A DNA stretch of 62,502 nt, counting the filler. It is 21 parts of 21 records of this genome, joined end to end, with 100 filler letters (N's around TTAATTAATTAA, not from the genome) between each part and the next. Parts side by side here need not be neighbours in the genome. Positions count along the whole stretch, not along the records: positions 22,343 to 24,359 come from SRR36015645_15190; positions 24,460 to 28,824 come from SRR36015645_15245; positions 28,925 to 31,073 come from SRR36015645_15304; positions 31,174 to 33,683 come from SRR36015645_15635; 17 more parts are not named here. The stretch is one strand, 5' to 3'. Below, piece after piece: positions 22,343 to 33,783 of this stretch. Numbering within the stretch: the first letter of the stretch is position 1; every line of letters begins with the position of its first letter. A program made the translations under genes and the position numbers. Below the pieces are notes generated by a model. That model ran no database searches and was not told the origin of the DNA. It saw nothing but the letters and a program-made list of their open reading frames with translations.

Positions 22343-23311
22343 TGAAGGAAGAATGAAAACATTTCGAAGCTCCTCATATAAGTTTGGCGCTTTCATATGC
22401 CATATAAATGCAGTTTTCAGTATTTCGGGACAATACACCCGAGCGTGCTTAGACTTTGTACTAAGAAGGAGTTGTTGTAATGCGAACGTATACAAACGAA
22501 TTTTTTCAAGTTCAACACTTTCATCACTTAACAAAACACGGAGATGATAGATTGCTGCATCCAAGTGTCTATCCTTCGAGAAAATGTTGGCCGATAAATT
22601 TTCATAAATGTTTTTAACTCGTGCTAGTACGTTCTCAAGCTGAGTTTTTGATGAAATGCAAAGACCGAAGGTTTCTATGTCCTTGAGTACTCTGATGTTT
22701 TTAACTGCTCCTGCAGTTATGTTTAAGTTAGCATCGATCGTAACTGTTGCCTCTACTTGCACATCATCGTCATCAGAAAATTTAAAAAATATAATGCGTG
22801 TGTTCGAGCTAGTATAGTCATAAAAATCAAAAAGCCTGAGTTCAGATAACTTGGCTTTTAAGTCATGAAAACTTTCTATGCGGTCACTGTCCAAGAAAGC
22901 GGATGTTTGGTTTTCCAAGGATTCATTTTCCTTGCACAGCCTGCCCTCAGTAGTAGCATTGTCACTACGCTTTGATTTCTTAGCTTCACTTAAATACACT
23001 GGAGAATTCGGAAATATCGTGGGTATTGCTGTTCGCTTGAGTCGGCGATAAAGTAAATCCTGCTCTGCCCGTTTACGTCTGGGGTTGGAGTCCTGCGATA
23101 CTTCAATAAAATCGTCCGAATCAAAATGCAAACTGCACACAAAACTATTGGATGTAGGCGTCCAGTCTTTTCTACGTATTTTTCTCACCCACTCCTGCAC
23201 TCTTTTTTCGTCCTTTGGAAGCTTATGTAACGTAACTCTCAATTCCGTATCCACTTCTTTGTTGCTGGGATACCCAGACTTACAGTTTGGCACACAGCAA
23301 ATTCTCACCAT
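22343..23311 (-). CDS. Second THAP/P-element transposase (related family), 3' truncated
   Basis: MVRICCVPNCKSGYPSNKE..VCSLHF..AIPTIFPN..FILPS, collinear with 18598..21450. Confidence 0.9.
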
Positions 23312-24459
23312 CGTTTAAGCCTCTATTTAGGAATTATTCACATTTTGAAAACAGTATCCAACAAAGGCATTTACAAACAAAGCGTGTGCGTACATTTACA
23401 CACATTTCTAAATTTTATTCTAGGACTATCTAGAGTTCTAGACTGATACAATTCTGCAATAATTATTGTACGTACAACAGCTTCATGTACTGTAACACAC
23501 AACCTTACACACTGCTGCCTATCACTACACTAACATACCACACATTGTATGAGGCTCCAATTCCTATAGCCCGGTCAAGCAGGCAATAAAGCCCCTTTAT
23601 GTAAACACTATAAAACACAGCTGTTTATGTAAACACTATAAATAACCAGAATAGCCTTACTACTAAGCCCTAACACCCCATGTGAAAACCTATCTAATAA
23701 AATTACTCGAGTTGAGTAAAATAAGTAAAATTGTTTGACACTATGAGTTAAAAGTAGCTAAAATCTAGCCTATCATGGTATTACTGCTGGACAGAATGAT
23801 AATCAGTATTCCCTCCCTTGTACACTTCGCCAAGTTTAAAGCCCACGCTGCATGACCATAATAGTATCTAAGTAGACCTTGTTTAAACACTACATTGTAT
23901 TACATAATACACTAACCACCATTTACTACCAGACACTACGCTAAGGCCTGCAGCTGCGAGGTCGTTTAATGACCTACAGTATAGGCCTATACCAACTAAT
24001 ATCCTGTTGCAGGCCTACTATCTTTGCATGCAGCTAGGCGACAATAATAGAGTGTAATCAACGAGGCTTCATGTCACGTGCAGCCAGCGAAATTAACATT
24101 ATGGTCACCATAAACCTGAGCGGACTGTGTATTTATCACAGAGCTACAGTCATAATAAGCTTTAGCCTATTTATATACAATTAATAATGCGGAGCAACGG
24201 TTTTTATCGACCATTCCACGCAAATAATTACATTGTATAATGTATTATCAAATGCTAACACGTTTTTGTATTGTACATGTATTTGTATTAATTTTACACA
24301 CAGTAGGTTGTATTATATTTATAATGGTAGAACCGCATGAGCAGTTAAAAAGGCAGGACNNNNNNNNNNNNNNNNNNNNNNNNNNNNNNNNNNNNNNNNN
24401 NNNTTAATTAATTAANNNNNNNNNNNNNNNNNNNNNNNNNNNNNNNNNNNNNNNNNNNN

Positions 24460-25124
24460 CCAATAAACCTACCATTCAAAAATCTGAGGCCTGCACTTAT
24501 ACATACATCTATTAATTCATGGCCATGTTTATTTGTTGACGAATCCATATATTTCCTAGGAAGGGGGGTATCGACAATATAATCCTGTGGTAGTGGCAAA
24601 TTTGTGCAATCATCATGTTCTATATAGTCTAATAATTCACCAACTCTACTATTAAAATCTCCAATTAGCAATACTTTTCCTAAGGCAGAAAACCGTGAGA
24701 TTTCGTTGAGCAATGTTTGAAAATTGTCTGTAAAATAACTAGAAGATCGAGGTGGAATATACGTGGCAGCTAGATAAACATCATATTCAAACCCAAAAAA
24801 TGATTTGTTCAGTTTTAACCACAAAGCGCTCTTATTGTTTGTTTTTATAAGTGTGACACCTTTACTAATAGTTCTGGAAATATATACAATGATGCCACCT
24901 GACCCCCTGCGTGCCGCGCTCTTCTTTTTACGCAAAACAGAATAAGCAGTATAACCTGGTATAATGGGTACTGAACTATTTTCATCTATAAAAGTTTCTA
25001 CCAGAGCAATTACATCATTAGTCACAATAGATTTTTGAAAATGTGGTAATTTAAGTTTAGCATCTAGCCCTCCATTTATATTCCATGCTGTAATTGACAA
25101 TAGTTTATTGTAGGTATTGAACAT
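24460..25124 (-). CDS. LINE ORF2 N-terminus (APE endonuclease), RTEX-like, truncated
   Basis: AWNING, LVET, RGSGG, YIPP, GDFNSRVG and LNGR. Confidence 0.9.
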
Positions 25125-25680
25125 TTACTATTGCTTTTTTGCAACAACACAGAGTAAAATGTTATACTGGGAATTTAAAGCACCTTAATAATTGCAATAT
25201 AGGCCTATAGTTGAAAATAAAATACTTTCCGAAGAATATAGTACTATAATGAGTAATTATAAATTGGATGAATGTTCAAATAATTTGCACGGCTTCAACA
25301 CAATAATGATAACTATACCCAACAAAAAGAGGCAACGTACCACACAATTTAAATGTACAACAAAAATGAGAATGCAGCACGCTGCAAGAGCAAAATAACA
25401 AAACAAATGTACCGGTAGGCAAATGTACCGGTATCACAGCACACTATAACACTATATATAAAAAAACAAGCACCAATGCAAGAATTTATAAGGCAAAAAG
25501 GCCTTAACGTCAACACTAATATAGAAAATTACTCTATTACACACACTAGCTACTTTGCACGCAATTTTTGCAGATAACAAGCAAACAACTATATAAAATT
25601 ATTTGAAGACTGCAGGCGTTGATGAACTATGATCCGCTGTTAGTTATGAATGTGATAATATGATCTAAATCCAATTATAT

Positions 25681-25812
25681 AGGTAAAATGATTTAAACTC
25701 AGTTACAGGTAAAATAATTCACAAATCCAGTAACATGTAAAATGACTTAAACTCGGTTACAGGTAAAATGATTTAAATTCAGTTGCAAGTAAGATGAGTT
25801 AAATTCAGTTAC
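25681..25812. repeat. Five ~26-bp tandem repeats in the ORF1-ORF2 spacer
   Basis: Consensus AGGTAAAATGATTTAAACTCAGTTAC. Confidence 0.85.
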
Positions 25813-25941
25813 ATGTGGCATGTAGTTATTAGTAACATACTACGGTATTGGCCACATTAATCGCACCGTGCGTACAAAACGCACGATGCGATCAATTTGG
25901 TCAACAATATTATGGTGGCAAATATAGGTATACATGTACAT

Positions 25942-28464
25942 TCAAAGCATAATACTTAGCGTCTGACTGAGTTTCTCTAATAGGTTTAGGACTGTGGCCT
26001 TATTGTTAGAAGTGCCATTGGCATTCGAACTTCTGTAAACAGATTCATTTACTGTGTTTGCCCACGTCGGCCTAGGTCTAACATCATTGTTCATTACGTA
26101 CTGGTTATCATACGGATAGTCCGGTGGAGTGTTTAATGTAGGATTCGTTTGCTGATCTTGTTGCTGGTAGTGGAATGTAGGCCTGGTTGTGCCAGTATAC
26201 CCTGAGAGAGCAGGCCTACTGGAAACCTGTGTTGGTGTGGTAGGACTACGTGCGCTATGGTATGATGTTGCAGGCCTACCGGAGTTCCACTGACGGTCCT
26301 CATAGCCTTGTTGGTCAGGCCTACGACGGTCATCTCTATGTGCCATTGGTGTTGGCCTTCCGGTGTCGACGTTCCGCGGCACATACTCGTTGTATGGCTT
26401 CATGCCCAGTAAGGGGTTCACACACGTTTTGATGTTGGCGACGAGTGCACCTAATCCTTTAGGTGACAGGTGCTTGTCATCATGATATAATGGGAACCTG
26501 TCATCACTGGTCCAAAACGAGTGATTTCCCATAACGACGATGTCATCATCACGTGCGTAGGCCTCTAGTAGACGACCATTAAACTTCTGTGCTTCGGAAT
26601 TGTATGTTGCGTTATTTCCACCAAGCCTCGGCAGCAGACAACCGAGCACAACTTTAGAATTTGGATAAACACCTCTTAGTGCACGTATCATAGCCGTATA
26701 TTCGCTAAATGTTGCCTCGGCATCTTGATTTCTGGCTAACTCGTTTGACCCTGCTTGGACAAGAAAGCATCCCACACTGGAGTACTCCTTTTTATTTACA
26801 AACTCCAGCACACCAGAAATACAACAATTATCCACTTTTTTAATCACCACACGTTTGTTCTTGTAGAGCTTGTTAGGTACAAGTTTGCCGATAATTGAAG
26901 AGCCCGTGATGACACAGTCCTGGTTTGTGTTTGGCCTAGCAACGGTAGATGGACCTGCAGTTCCTGTTTTCTCCCCATTGCTAATCAGAGACGGAAAGTT
27001 GCTTTCATATATAGGCCTACTGGGATTACGTAACTCACTCGGCGGCTCGTTTACATCACAGCTGTTGTCATTGTTCTCTTCACGGCGGTTCGCGATTTCT
27101 GGGGAATTAATTACGTTCCGCGTTTTCCCACTTTGACCACCTGGGCTTTGTCTGGTCACCTCTGTATCGGGTACCGGTGATAAGTTAGTTGGTGATTGGC
27201 ACCCAACCGAGTTTTGAAGTGCCAGTGAATTGTTTGCACAGATTATTTTATCCAACCGCTCATTTAGCGAACATATATCAACTTTTTGCTCACTTAATGT
27301 TTCTGACTGCGTCGTTTGCACACACCGTAAATCTTCAACTAGCTGCGCTGTAGCAGTACATTCCTTTTTCTTGCATTCTAACGAACTAAGCCTCTGTCTC
27401 AAGTGAACATTATCCGTATCCAATCTTGCGCACATGTCCTTCAATTGTGTGACAGAATCCTGTAGTTCGCTAACTGTCTGAGATAGTTGCTGTACATCGC
27501 TGACTGCAGCTGACAGCCTAGTTTCTACAGATTCTTTAGCGCTTCTCATGGAATTAACGTTCTCTTGTAGATCAATAATGTGACTTTCATTCTGGGTGAT
27601 TGCTGCTTGACATGCACATACCATTCGATATAACTCATCGCTAGGCTTACTAGCATGTCCCACGCTACTTTTCTTCACTGGAGTGCACGCTGACTTAGAC
27701 ACACGCTTCCTTGGCTTCCTGGAAATTGGTGAGCCAGGGGTTACCATACTGTCACTAGCGTCACACGTATCTGTACGTACCGATACCGTCTTTTTACTTT
27801 TTCTCCCTGCAGATCCAGCAATATCCAGAAAGTGTCTACACATTGTATCATTAACTGCTTCCACAGCATTGTCCACGGTACTTTTGAAGGCATTATCGTA
27901 GCAGTTCACATCAATTTCACGCATGTTTGCTTCCTGAGATGCACATATAACGTCAAAAAGTACTGGAAACTCGAGATCAGACCATGTGTGAAAGTACTTC
28001 CCCTGCACATGAATCCGCTCGTTAGTGTGGTATATTTTGAGCACATACACATTAATCCTATTATACGTGACGGTGTATTTTTGCTCTGTTAGGTTCCCAG
28101 CGCTGTCACGTGATTCAGATGATGTGCCACACATATTTGTTAATCCATTGATATCATCTATCCTGTGCTGGATTAACTTCACCCACAAATCAAAACTTCC
28201 ATCTGGCACGGTAAAACTAGATGATAATCCGAGAGGCTTTATGTCCAGCACAGGAGATGTTTCCTTCCTCACATTCCGCTCTGTTGTAGTTGAACATTCT
28301 GCATTATTTGCAGACAGTTCCACAGTTATGTTGTCTAGTACCGGTAAAGTAGATGTGTCCTTTATGATAGTGGTGTCCGTAGTTATCTCATTAACGGTAT
28401 CATAATTACCGTGGTTTGAGTTAGAGTGTTCTGTGTCTGTAGTGACACAAGATGATTCTTCCAT
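25942..28464 (-). CDS. LINE ORF1 with coiled coil and SGNH/GDSL esterase domain
   Basis: SGNH blocks ITGSSI, QAGSNE, LLPR and DDKHLSPKG. Long heptad region. Lies upstream of an APE ORF2. Confidence 0.85.
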   Translation of the reverse strand: MEESSCVTTDTEHSNSNHGNYDTVNEITTDTTIIKDTSTLPVLDNITVELSANNAECSTTTERNVRKETSPVLDIKPLGLSSSFTVPDGSFDLWVKLIQHRIDDINGLTNMCGTSSESRDSAGNLTEQKYTVTYNRINVYVLKIYHTNERIHVQGKYFHTWSDLEFPVLFDVICASQEANMREIDVNCYDNAFKSTVDNAVEAVNDTMCRHFLDIAGSAGRKSKKTVSVRTDTCDASDSMVTPGSPISRKPRKRVSKSACTPVKKSSVGHASKPSDELYRMVCACQAAITQNESHIIDLQENVNSMRSAKESVETRLSAAVSDVQQLSQTVSELQDSVTQLKDMCARLDTDNVHLRQRLSSLECKKKECTATAQLVEDLRCVQTTQSETLSEQKVDICSLNERLDKIICANNSLALQNSVGCQSPTNLSPVPDTEVTRQSPGGQSGKTRNVINSPEIANRREENNDNSCDVNEPPSELRNPSRPIYESNFPSLISNGEKTGTAGPSTVARPNTNQDCVITGSSIIGKLVPNKLYKNKRVVIKKVDNCCISGVLEFVNKKEYSSVGCFLVQAGSNELARNQDAEATFSEYTAMIRALRGVYPNSKVVLGCLLPRLGGNNATYNSEAQKFNGRLLEAYARDDDIVVMGNHSFWTSDDRFPLYHDDKHLSPKGLGALVANIKTCVNPLLGMKPYNEYVPRNVDTGRPTPMAHRDDRRRPDQQGYEDRQWNSGRPATSYHSARSPTTPTQVSSRPALSGYTGTTRPTFHYQQQDQQTNPTLNTPPDYPYDNQYVMNNDVRPRPTWANTVNESVYRSSNANGTSNNKATVLNLLEKLSQTLSIML

Positions 28465-28924
28465 AATGTATGTTAATTAATAACTTTAACAATACTAATA
28501 GCTAACAGCAGATCGTAGTTAAGGTATCGTTTCTACACGTTCATTATTGAAAAATTCTATAGGCGCAATATACGCTATAGCTGATTATAATGTACAGGTA
28601 AATCACAGACCGCGCAGGAGCTCACGTGAAGCACAACCGACCGGTCCGAGAGCGCGCGAGAACATCACGATGTACACGATGGTCTGAAGCGGCATGTGAT
28701 GCTCTTTTGCTGAGTAGCATAACTCATCTATCGGGGAAAGTTGGCAGTGGTTGTGAAGTCTGCAAAACAGTGATTTTTGCATGTAGAAAATATTTGCTGC
28801 GTTGTATAATTGAATTTGTGGAGTNNNNNNNNNNNNNNNNNNNNNNNNNNNNNNNNNNNNNNNNNNNNTTAATTAATTAANNNNNNNNNNNNNNNNNNNN
28901 NNNNNNNNNNNNNNNNNNNNNNNN

Positions 28925-31073
28925 TTCCGTCTTATCCTGATTCTGCTTTGCTCCTGATGCCATTTTGAACTCCTGTAGGTGCTTCGTCAAACAACGAAGA
29001 GAATTTTTGTCCGATATCAGTGCTGTTTTATCGTCCGCATAGCAGGAGATTTTAACTTCTTGCTCATTTGGGAGGGTGATGCCCCTAATGTTTTTGTCAT
29101 CTCGTATCGTGTTATCCAGAGGTTCCGCTGCTAAGATGTACAGCATCATTGACAGAGAACACCCCTGTCTGAGGGAGCGCTCAACAGTTAGTGCTTTAGA
29201 TATGTTTCCGTTAATTAAAAGCTTTGACTGCATGTTGGAGTAAATAATGTCAATCCAATGCAGGAACATTTCTCCAAAGCCATAACTGTGCAGCACCTTT
29301 CTCAGCCAGGAGTGTTCAACTCTGTCGAATGCTTTTTCATTGTCAATACAGACAATGGCTGAACCAATGTCGTTCTCTTCACAGTACTCCACAACGCCTT
29401 GAATTAGCCACAGGTTGTGATAGATGTTTCTGTCCGGAATACCACATGTCTGATTATGATGGATTAGGTGTTTAATTACCTGCCGTAGTCTGTTTGCTAA
29501 AGTTTTGGTGAGGATTTTGTAGTCTGTGTTGAGCAGTGAAATGGGTCTGTAATTTCCTATGATTCGGTGATCTCCTTTCTTGTACAGCAGTGTTATTATT
29601 GCCATTAGTAGCGAATCAGGGAGTTTTCCTATAAGAAAAGCGTTGTTCAGCATCTCTGTTAGATCGTCACCCAACCATGCCCAGTATTCCATATATACTT
29701 CTCTGGGTAAACCATCCTCTCCGGGAGATTTGCCATTAGACATTGATTTTAATGCAGAATACAGTTCTTCTTTCCTCAAGTACCCTTCACAAAGCTCTCT
29801 GTCTGTTTCGGTTAGTTTTGTTGTTATCGTGGCTAGGAATTTATCCTGGATACCCACTTCTGTCGGTTCGCTTTTGTAGAGTTTCTGGTAAAAAGCGTAT
29901 ATTGTATTTTCAACCTCCGATGGTGTTTCGACGAGAACGTTATCTGTGTTATAAACGGCATGTATAAATTTCTTCATCTGTCTCTTCCTCTCCAGTTCTG
30001 AAAAATACTGAGCTGATGTTTCCCCATCCTCGACATACGCAGCTCTTGCTCTGATCTTGCTACCATGCAGCTTTGTATTTGCTATCTCGTTAATCTGATC
30101 TTTGATGCCATTCACTTCTATTTGGAGTTCATTGTTGTAGTTTTTATCCAACTCATCTGTTTGCTGTTTTAATTGTGTTTCCAAGTTGTTTAGTTGTTGC
30201 TTGTTTTCTTTTGCTTTTTCTGCACAGTATTTAATGATAATTTTTTTGATTTTCGACTTGAGCGTATCCCACCACTGCAATGGATCGTTGACTTCGCCTT
30301 TCTTTTTCCTCCATGTTATTATACAGTTTTGTACCTGCGCTTTCAGTTCTGGATGGCGTAGAACCGAAGTGTTACATTTCCAGAGGCATTTCTTACTCTT
30401 GTCAAAGAACGTATCATTAAACCGAATAATACAGCAGTCGTGGTCGCTAATGGCTGTAGGGCATCGAGCAAAGCTTATTACAAATCTGAGAAGACTTTTG
30501 TCTACATAGGCTCTATCCAGCCTAGAGGCACGGCCTCTACTGTCTCTCCAAGTGAACTCTTGTTTGGATGGATTGAGGTTCCGAAAGACATCATGAAGCC
30601 GAAAGTTCTGTTTCAACTCTTGAAACTCATTTGCCCCAGCTTTGCTGTAAGCGTTGTTAAAAGTTTTGCAATCCTGTTCCTCTTCTACCATGTTGAAATC
30701 ACCCACAACAATGGGTATGCCCTGGATTTTCCCATGTTCAGATAGCTTGCTCGAAATGTGTGTATAGAAAGCAAGTCTGTCATTCGGTTGATTGGGTGCA
30801 TAAATGTTTATGATAGTGTACATGTGGTTGTTTAGCTTGAAGGTTACCAGAAGGCATCTGCCTTTGACTATGTGCTCTTCGCGCACAATTTCTATGTTGC
30901 AGTTAGATGCATTAAATATCACCGCTACACCTGCTGACTGAGTAGGGTTTCCATCTACATTGCTAAAGAAAGCAAGATCCCTATCCCAATACTTAAAGAA
31001 TAAATTTTCCTCATAGTTAGACAGGAGATGAACTTCTTGCAGAGCAATAATAGTGGGACATTTACTCTTCAAG
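28925..31073 (-). CDS. L1/Tx1-like LINE ORF2 (APE + RT), both ends truncated
   Basis: LQEVH, NIYAPN, GDFN, SRLDRAY, SDH, WKCN, SPGEDG, DNEKAFDR, LRQGCSLS and YADD. Confidence 0.95.
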
Positions 31074-31173
31074 NNNNNNNNNNNNNNNNNNNNNNNNNNN
31101 NNNNNNNNNNNNNNNNNTTAATTAATTAANNNNNNNNNNNNNNNNNNNNNNNNNNNNNNNNNNNNNNNNNNNN

Positions 31174-32890
31174 GCCTGTATTGGACACGCCCTGCAGCAA
31201 AGCTCCAGATGTAAATCAAGGAACTTCTGCCTTTGTCCCTCGTGATGTGCACAGAAATAAAGAGTTAGTATCACTAGCTACGCGCCTCAAAATGACACCG
31301 GCTCAGCAGGCAGGGTTTACAGAGGGCGTAATTTCTGCATGTGGTGGTGATGTTAGTAAGGTCGCCATATCCTATGCAACAGCTGATAGGGCACGTCGGA
31401 AGGTAGCTAAAGATGTTGCAGAAAACATACGTGGTAACTGGATGCCTCCTAAGCTGTGCACGTTGCACTGGGATAGTAAGCTAACGCCAACTCTTGCAGA
31501 TCAACACCAGTCTGAAGAACGGCTTTCTATTGTGGTTGGTGATACAAAACGTGTAAAGCTGCTTGGAGTGCCAAGCTACACAAAAGCAAGTGACCAGTCA
31601 TGTGGCGAAATAATTTCTAAATTGACAGTCCAGCAATTGCAAGCCTGGCACTGCAGCGACAGAATCGTTAACATGGCATTTGATACAACGAGCTCAAATA
31701 CGGGCCACCTATCAGCAGCGTGCGTGGAAATTCAAGCAAAATTGGGAAGAGCACTGTTGTGGAGCGGCTGTCGCCATCACATTGGTGAAGTTGTCTTGTC
31801 CCATGTGTTTGATGATCTAAAGATAGAGAGCTCAAGATCCCCAGACATTAGTCTCTTTGCTCGGCTCCGTACCAACTGGAATCTAGTAGCACATGACTCA
31901 AAAGATGTTCTCCAGTTGTCGTTGTTAGAGCATGGTCATGAAGCACAAGTACTTTTAACTGAGCTGCAAAAGGAATCAATAACTGTCCTGATTGCTTCTA
32001 CTGAGCTAGCTAGGGACGATTACCTGGAATTTGTAGACCTGGCATTAGTTTACCTTGGTGCAAATGATGGACTTGTTCAGTTTCGACGTCCAGGGGCGCT
32101 ACACAGGGCTCGATGGATGGCTAAGCTTCTGTACTGTTTGAAGATTACGCTAAATGAGGCACGGATTGCTACTTTACCTCCAGGTACAATTACCACCACT
32201 CAGCAAGTGTCGAAAATCCGTGCCTTTGCTACGTTTGTAACTGTTGTGTATGGACCATGGTGGCTAAAATGCACTAGAGCTGTTGATGCCCCATACAACG
32301 ACCTTCAGTGGTACATTACTCTCTTGAAATATGAAGTTGTTAATCACATCATATCTCAGTCGGCAGTCCGAGCATTTCAACGCCATTTTTGGTATCTCAC
32401 TGAGGAGATGGTTCCATTGGCTTTATTCAGCGATAATGTACCAGATCCGGAACTACGGGCAGTAGCTGACGCAATGCTGGAAGCTCAACCATCTGAAGAA
32501 ATCGGTGCACCCCAAAAGCGGCACGGAAAAGGATTTGGAAAGCCAAATTTCCCGGAAGTTAACAAAGATACGCGACTGTGTGATCTTGTTGGTCGTGATT
32601 CGTGGTTCACCATCAGGCACCTGGACATTGACCCCAGTTTGTTAAATCTACCTGTGAAGGACTGGAACACTAACGAGGCATTTATCGCCAGTAAATATAA
32701 TGTTCAGGAAATAAATGTGGTAAATGATGCAGCCGAGAGAGGCGTTAAATTGTCAAGCGATTTTTCTAACACTGCACGCTCAGATGAGCACTTTCAAAAT
32801 GTTTTACAAGTTGCGGAAGAAAATCGCTCTAAAAACCCAAATATCAGAATCAGGCGCAAAAGGAGCTGCGATAAGATGGAAGCAGACTAG
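31174..32890 (+). CDS. hAT-related (hATm-like) DDE transposase, 5' truncated
   Basis: LHWDSK, FDTTSSNTG, CRHH (CxxH), PGALHRARWMAK, RHFWYL and VVNDAAERGVK. Confidence 0.8.
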
Positions 32891-33199
32891 TAAATGACAC
32901 ACAGAGTTCAATTAGAATGTCACAATTAATATGTCTCAGACTTTTCTTTCAGTACTTACGAGCAAATCATTAATATACAAAGCAAGCATGCTTTACAAAT
33001 AATTTGTTCCATTTGTGCAGTATCAGAAAACCAGTATAGTGTTAACTAACAACGAATTAGAATTTTTATTCCAACAATAGACTATTGTGTGATTAAGATT
33101 CAATTACTGATGCTTCATGGCAAAATTTGTACAAAAAAATCACCGTGCGTAAGTGTGCACTTTGGACCGTACGTCTAATTTTTGTCACTAGGGACTCAG

Positions 33200-33650
33200 T
33201 ATGGACGGGTGGTGGGACCTCTAAACCTTCTTCAAAAATTACAAAATTTTACCGGTAGTTTCCTTTAGGCATCTGTATTAAAATTATACCAGGGTGGAAT
33301 GAAATAAACAAACTTCTTACCTTTCTATTCTTATGTTTAGCGAAAAAACAACGAAAAACGACATCGGATAATATTTGACGTAAATGGATGGTGGGACCTC
33401 TAAATATTGTCCAAATCCAACAATATTTGGCATAAGTACTTAATTAGTAAGGTGAAAGATAAACAAAGAAGGGTGGAGTTGAATTAAAAAAAAAAAAAAA
33501 ATCGTATTGAATATGTAAAAAAAAGGCCGGTCGTGTAAATTTTCGGAAGCCCGGTGGGACCTCTAAATCTGGTCTAAAATTTAAAAAAACTTGCCTCAAA
33601 CATTTTTTATATAAATGGAACAAAAATAATAAAAGGTGGATTTAAAATGG
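33200..33650. repeat. Three degenerate ~165-180-bp subterminal repeats
   Basis: GGTGGGACCTCTAAA at 33211, 33390 and 33553, each followed about 80 nt later by GGTGGA. Confidence 0.75.
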
Positions 33651-33783
33651 AAAACTTTATTTTTTACTGTACTTTCGTGATGCNNNNNNNNNNNNNNNNN
33701 NNNNNNNNNNNNNNNNNNNNNNNNNNNTTAATTAATTAANNNNNNNNNNNNNNNNNNNNNNNNNNNNNNNNNNNNNNNNNNNN

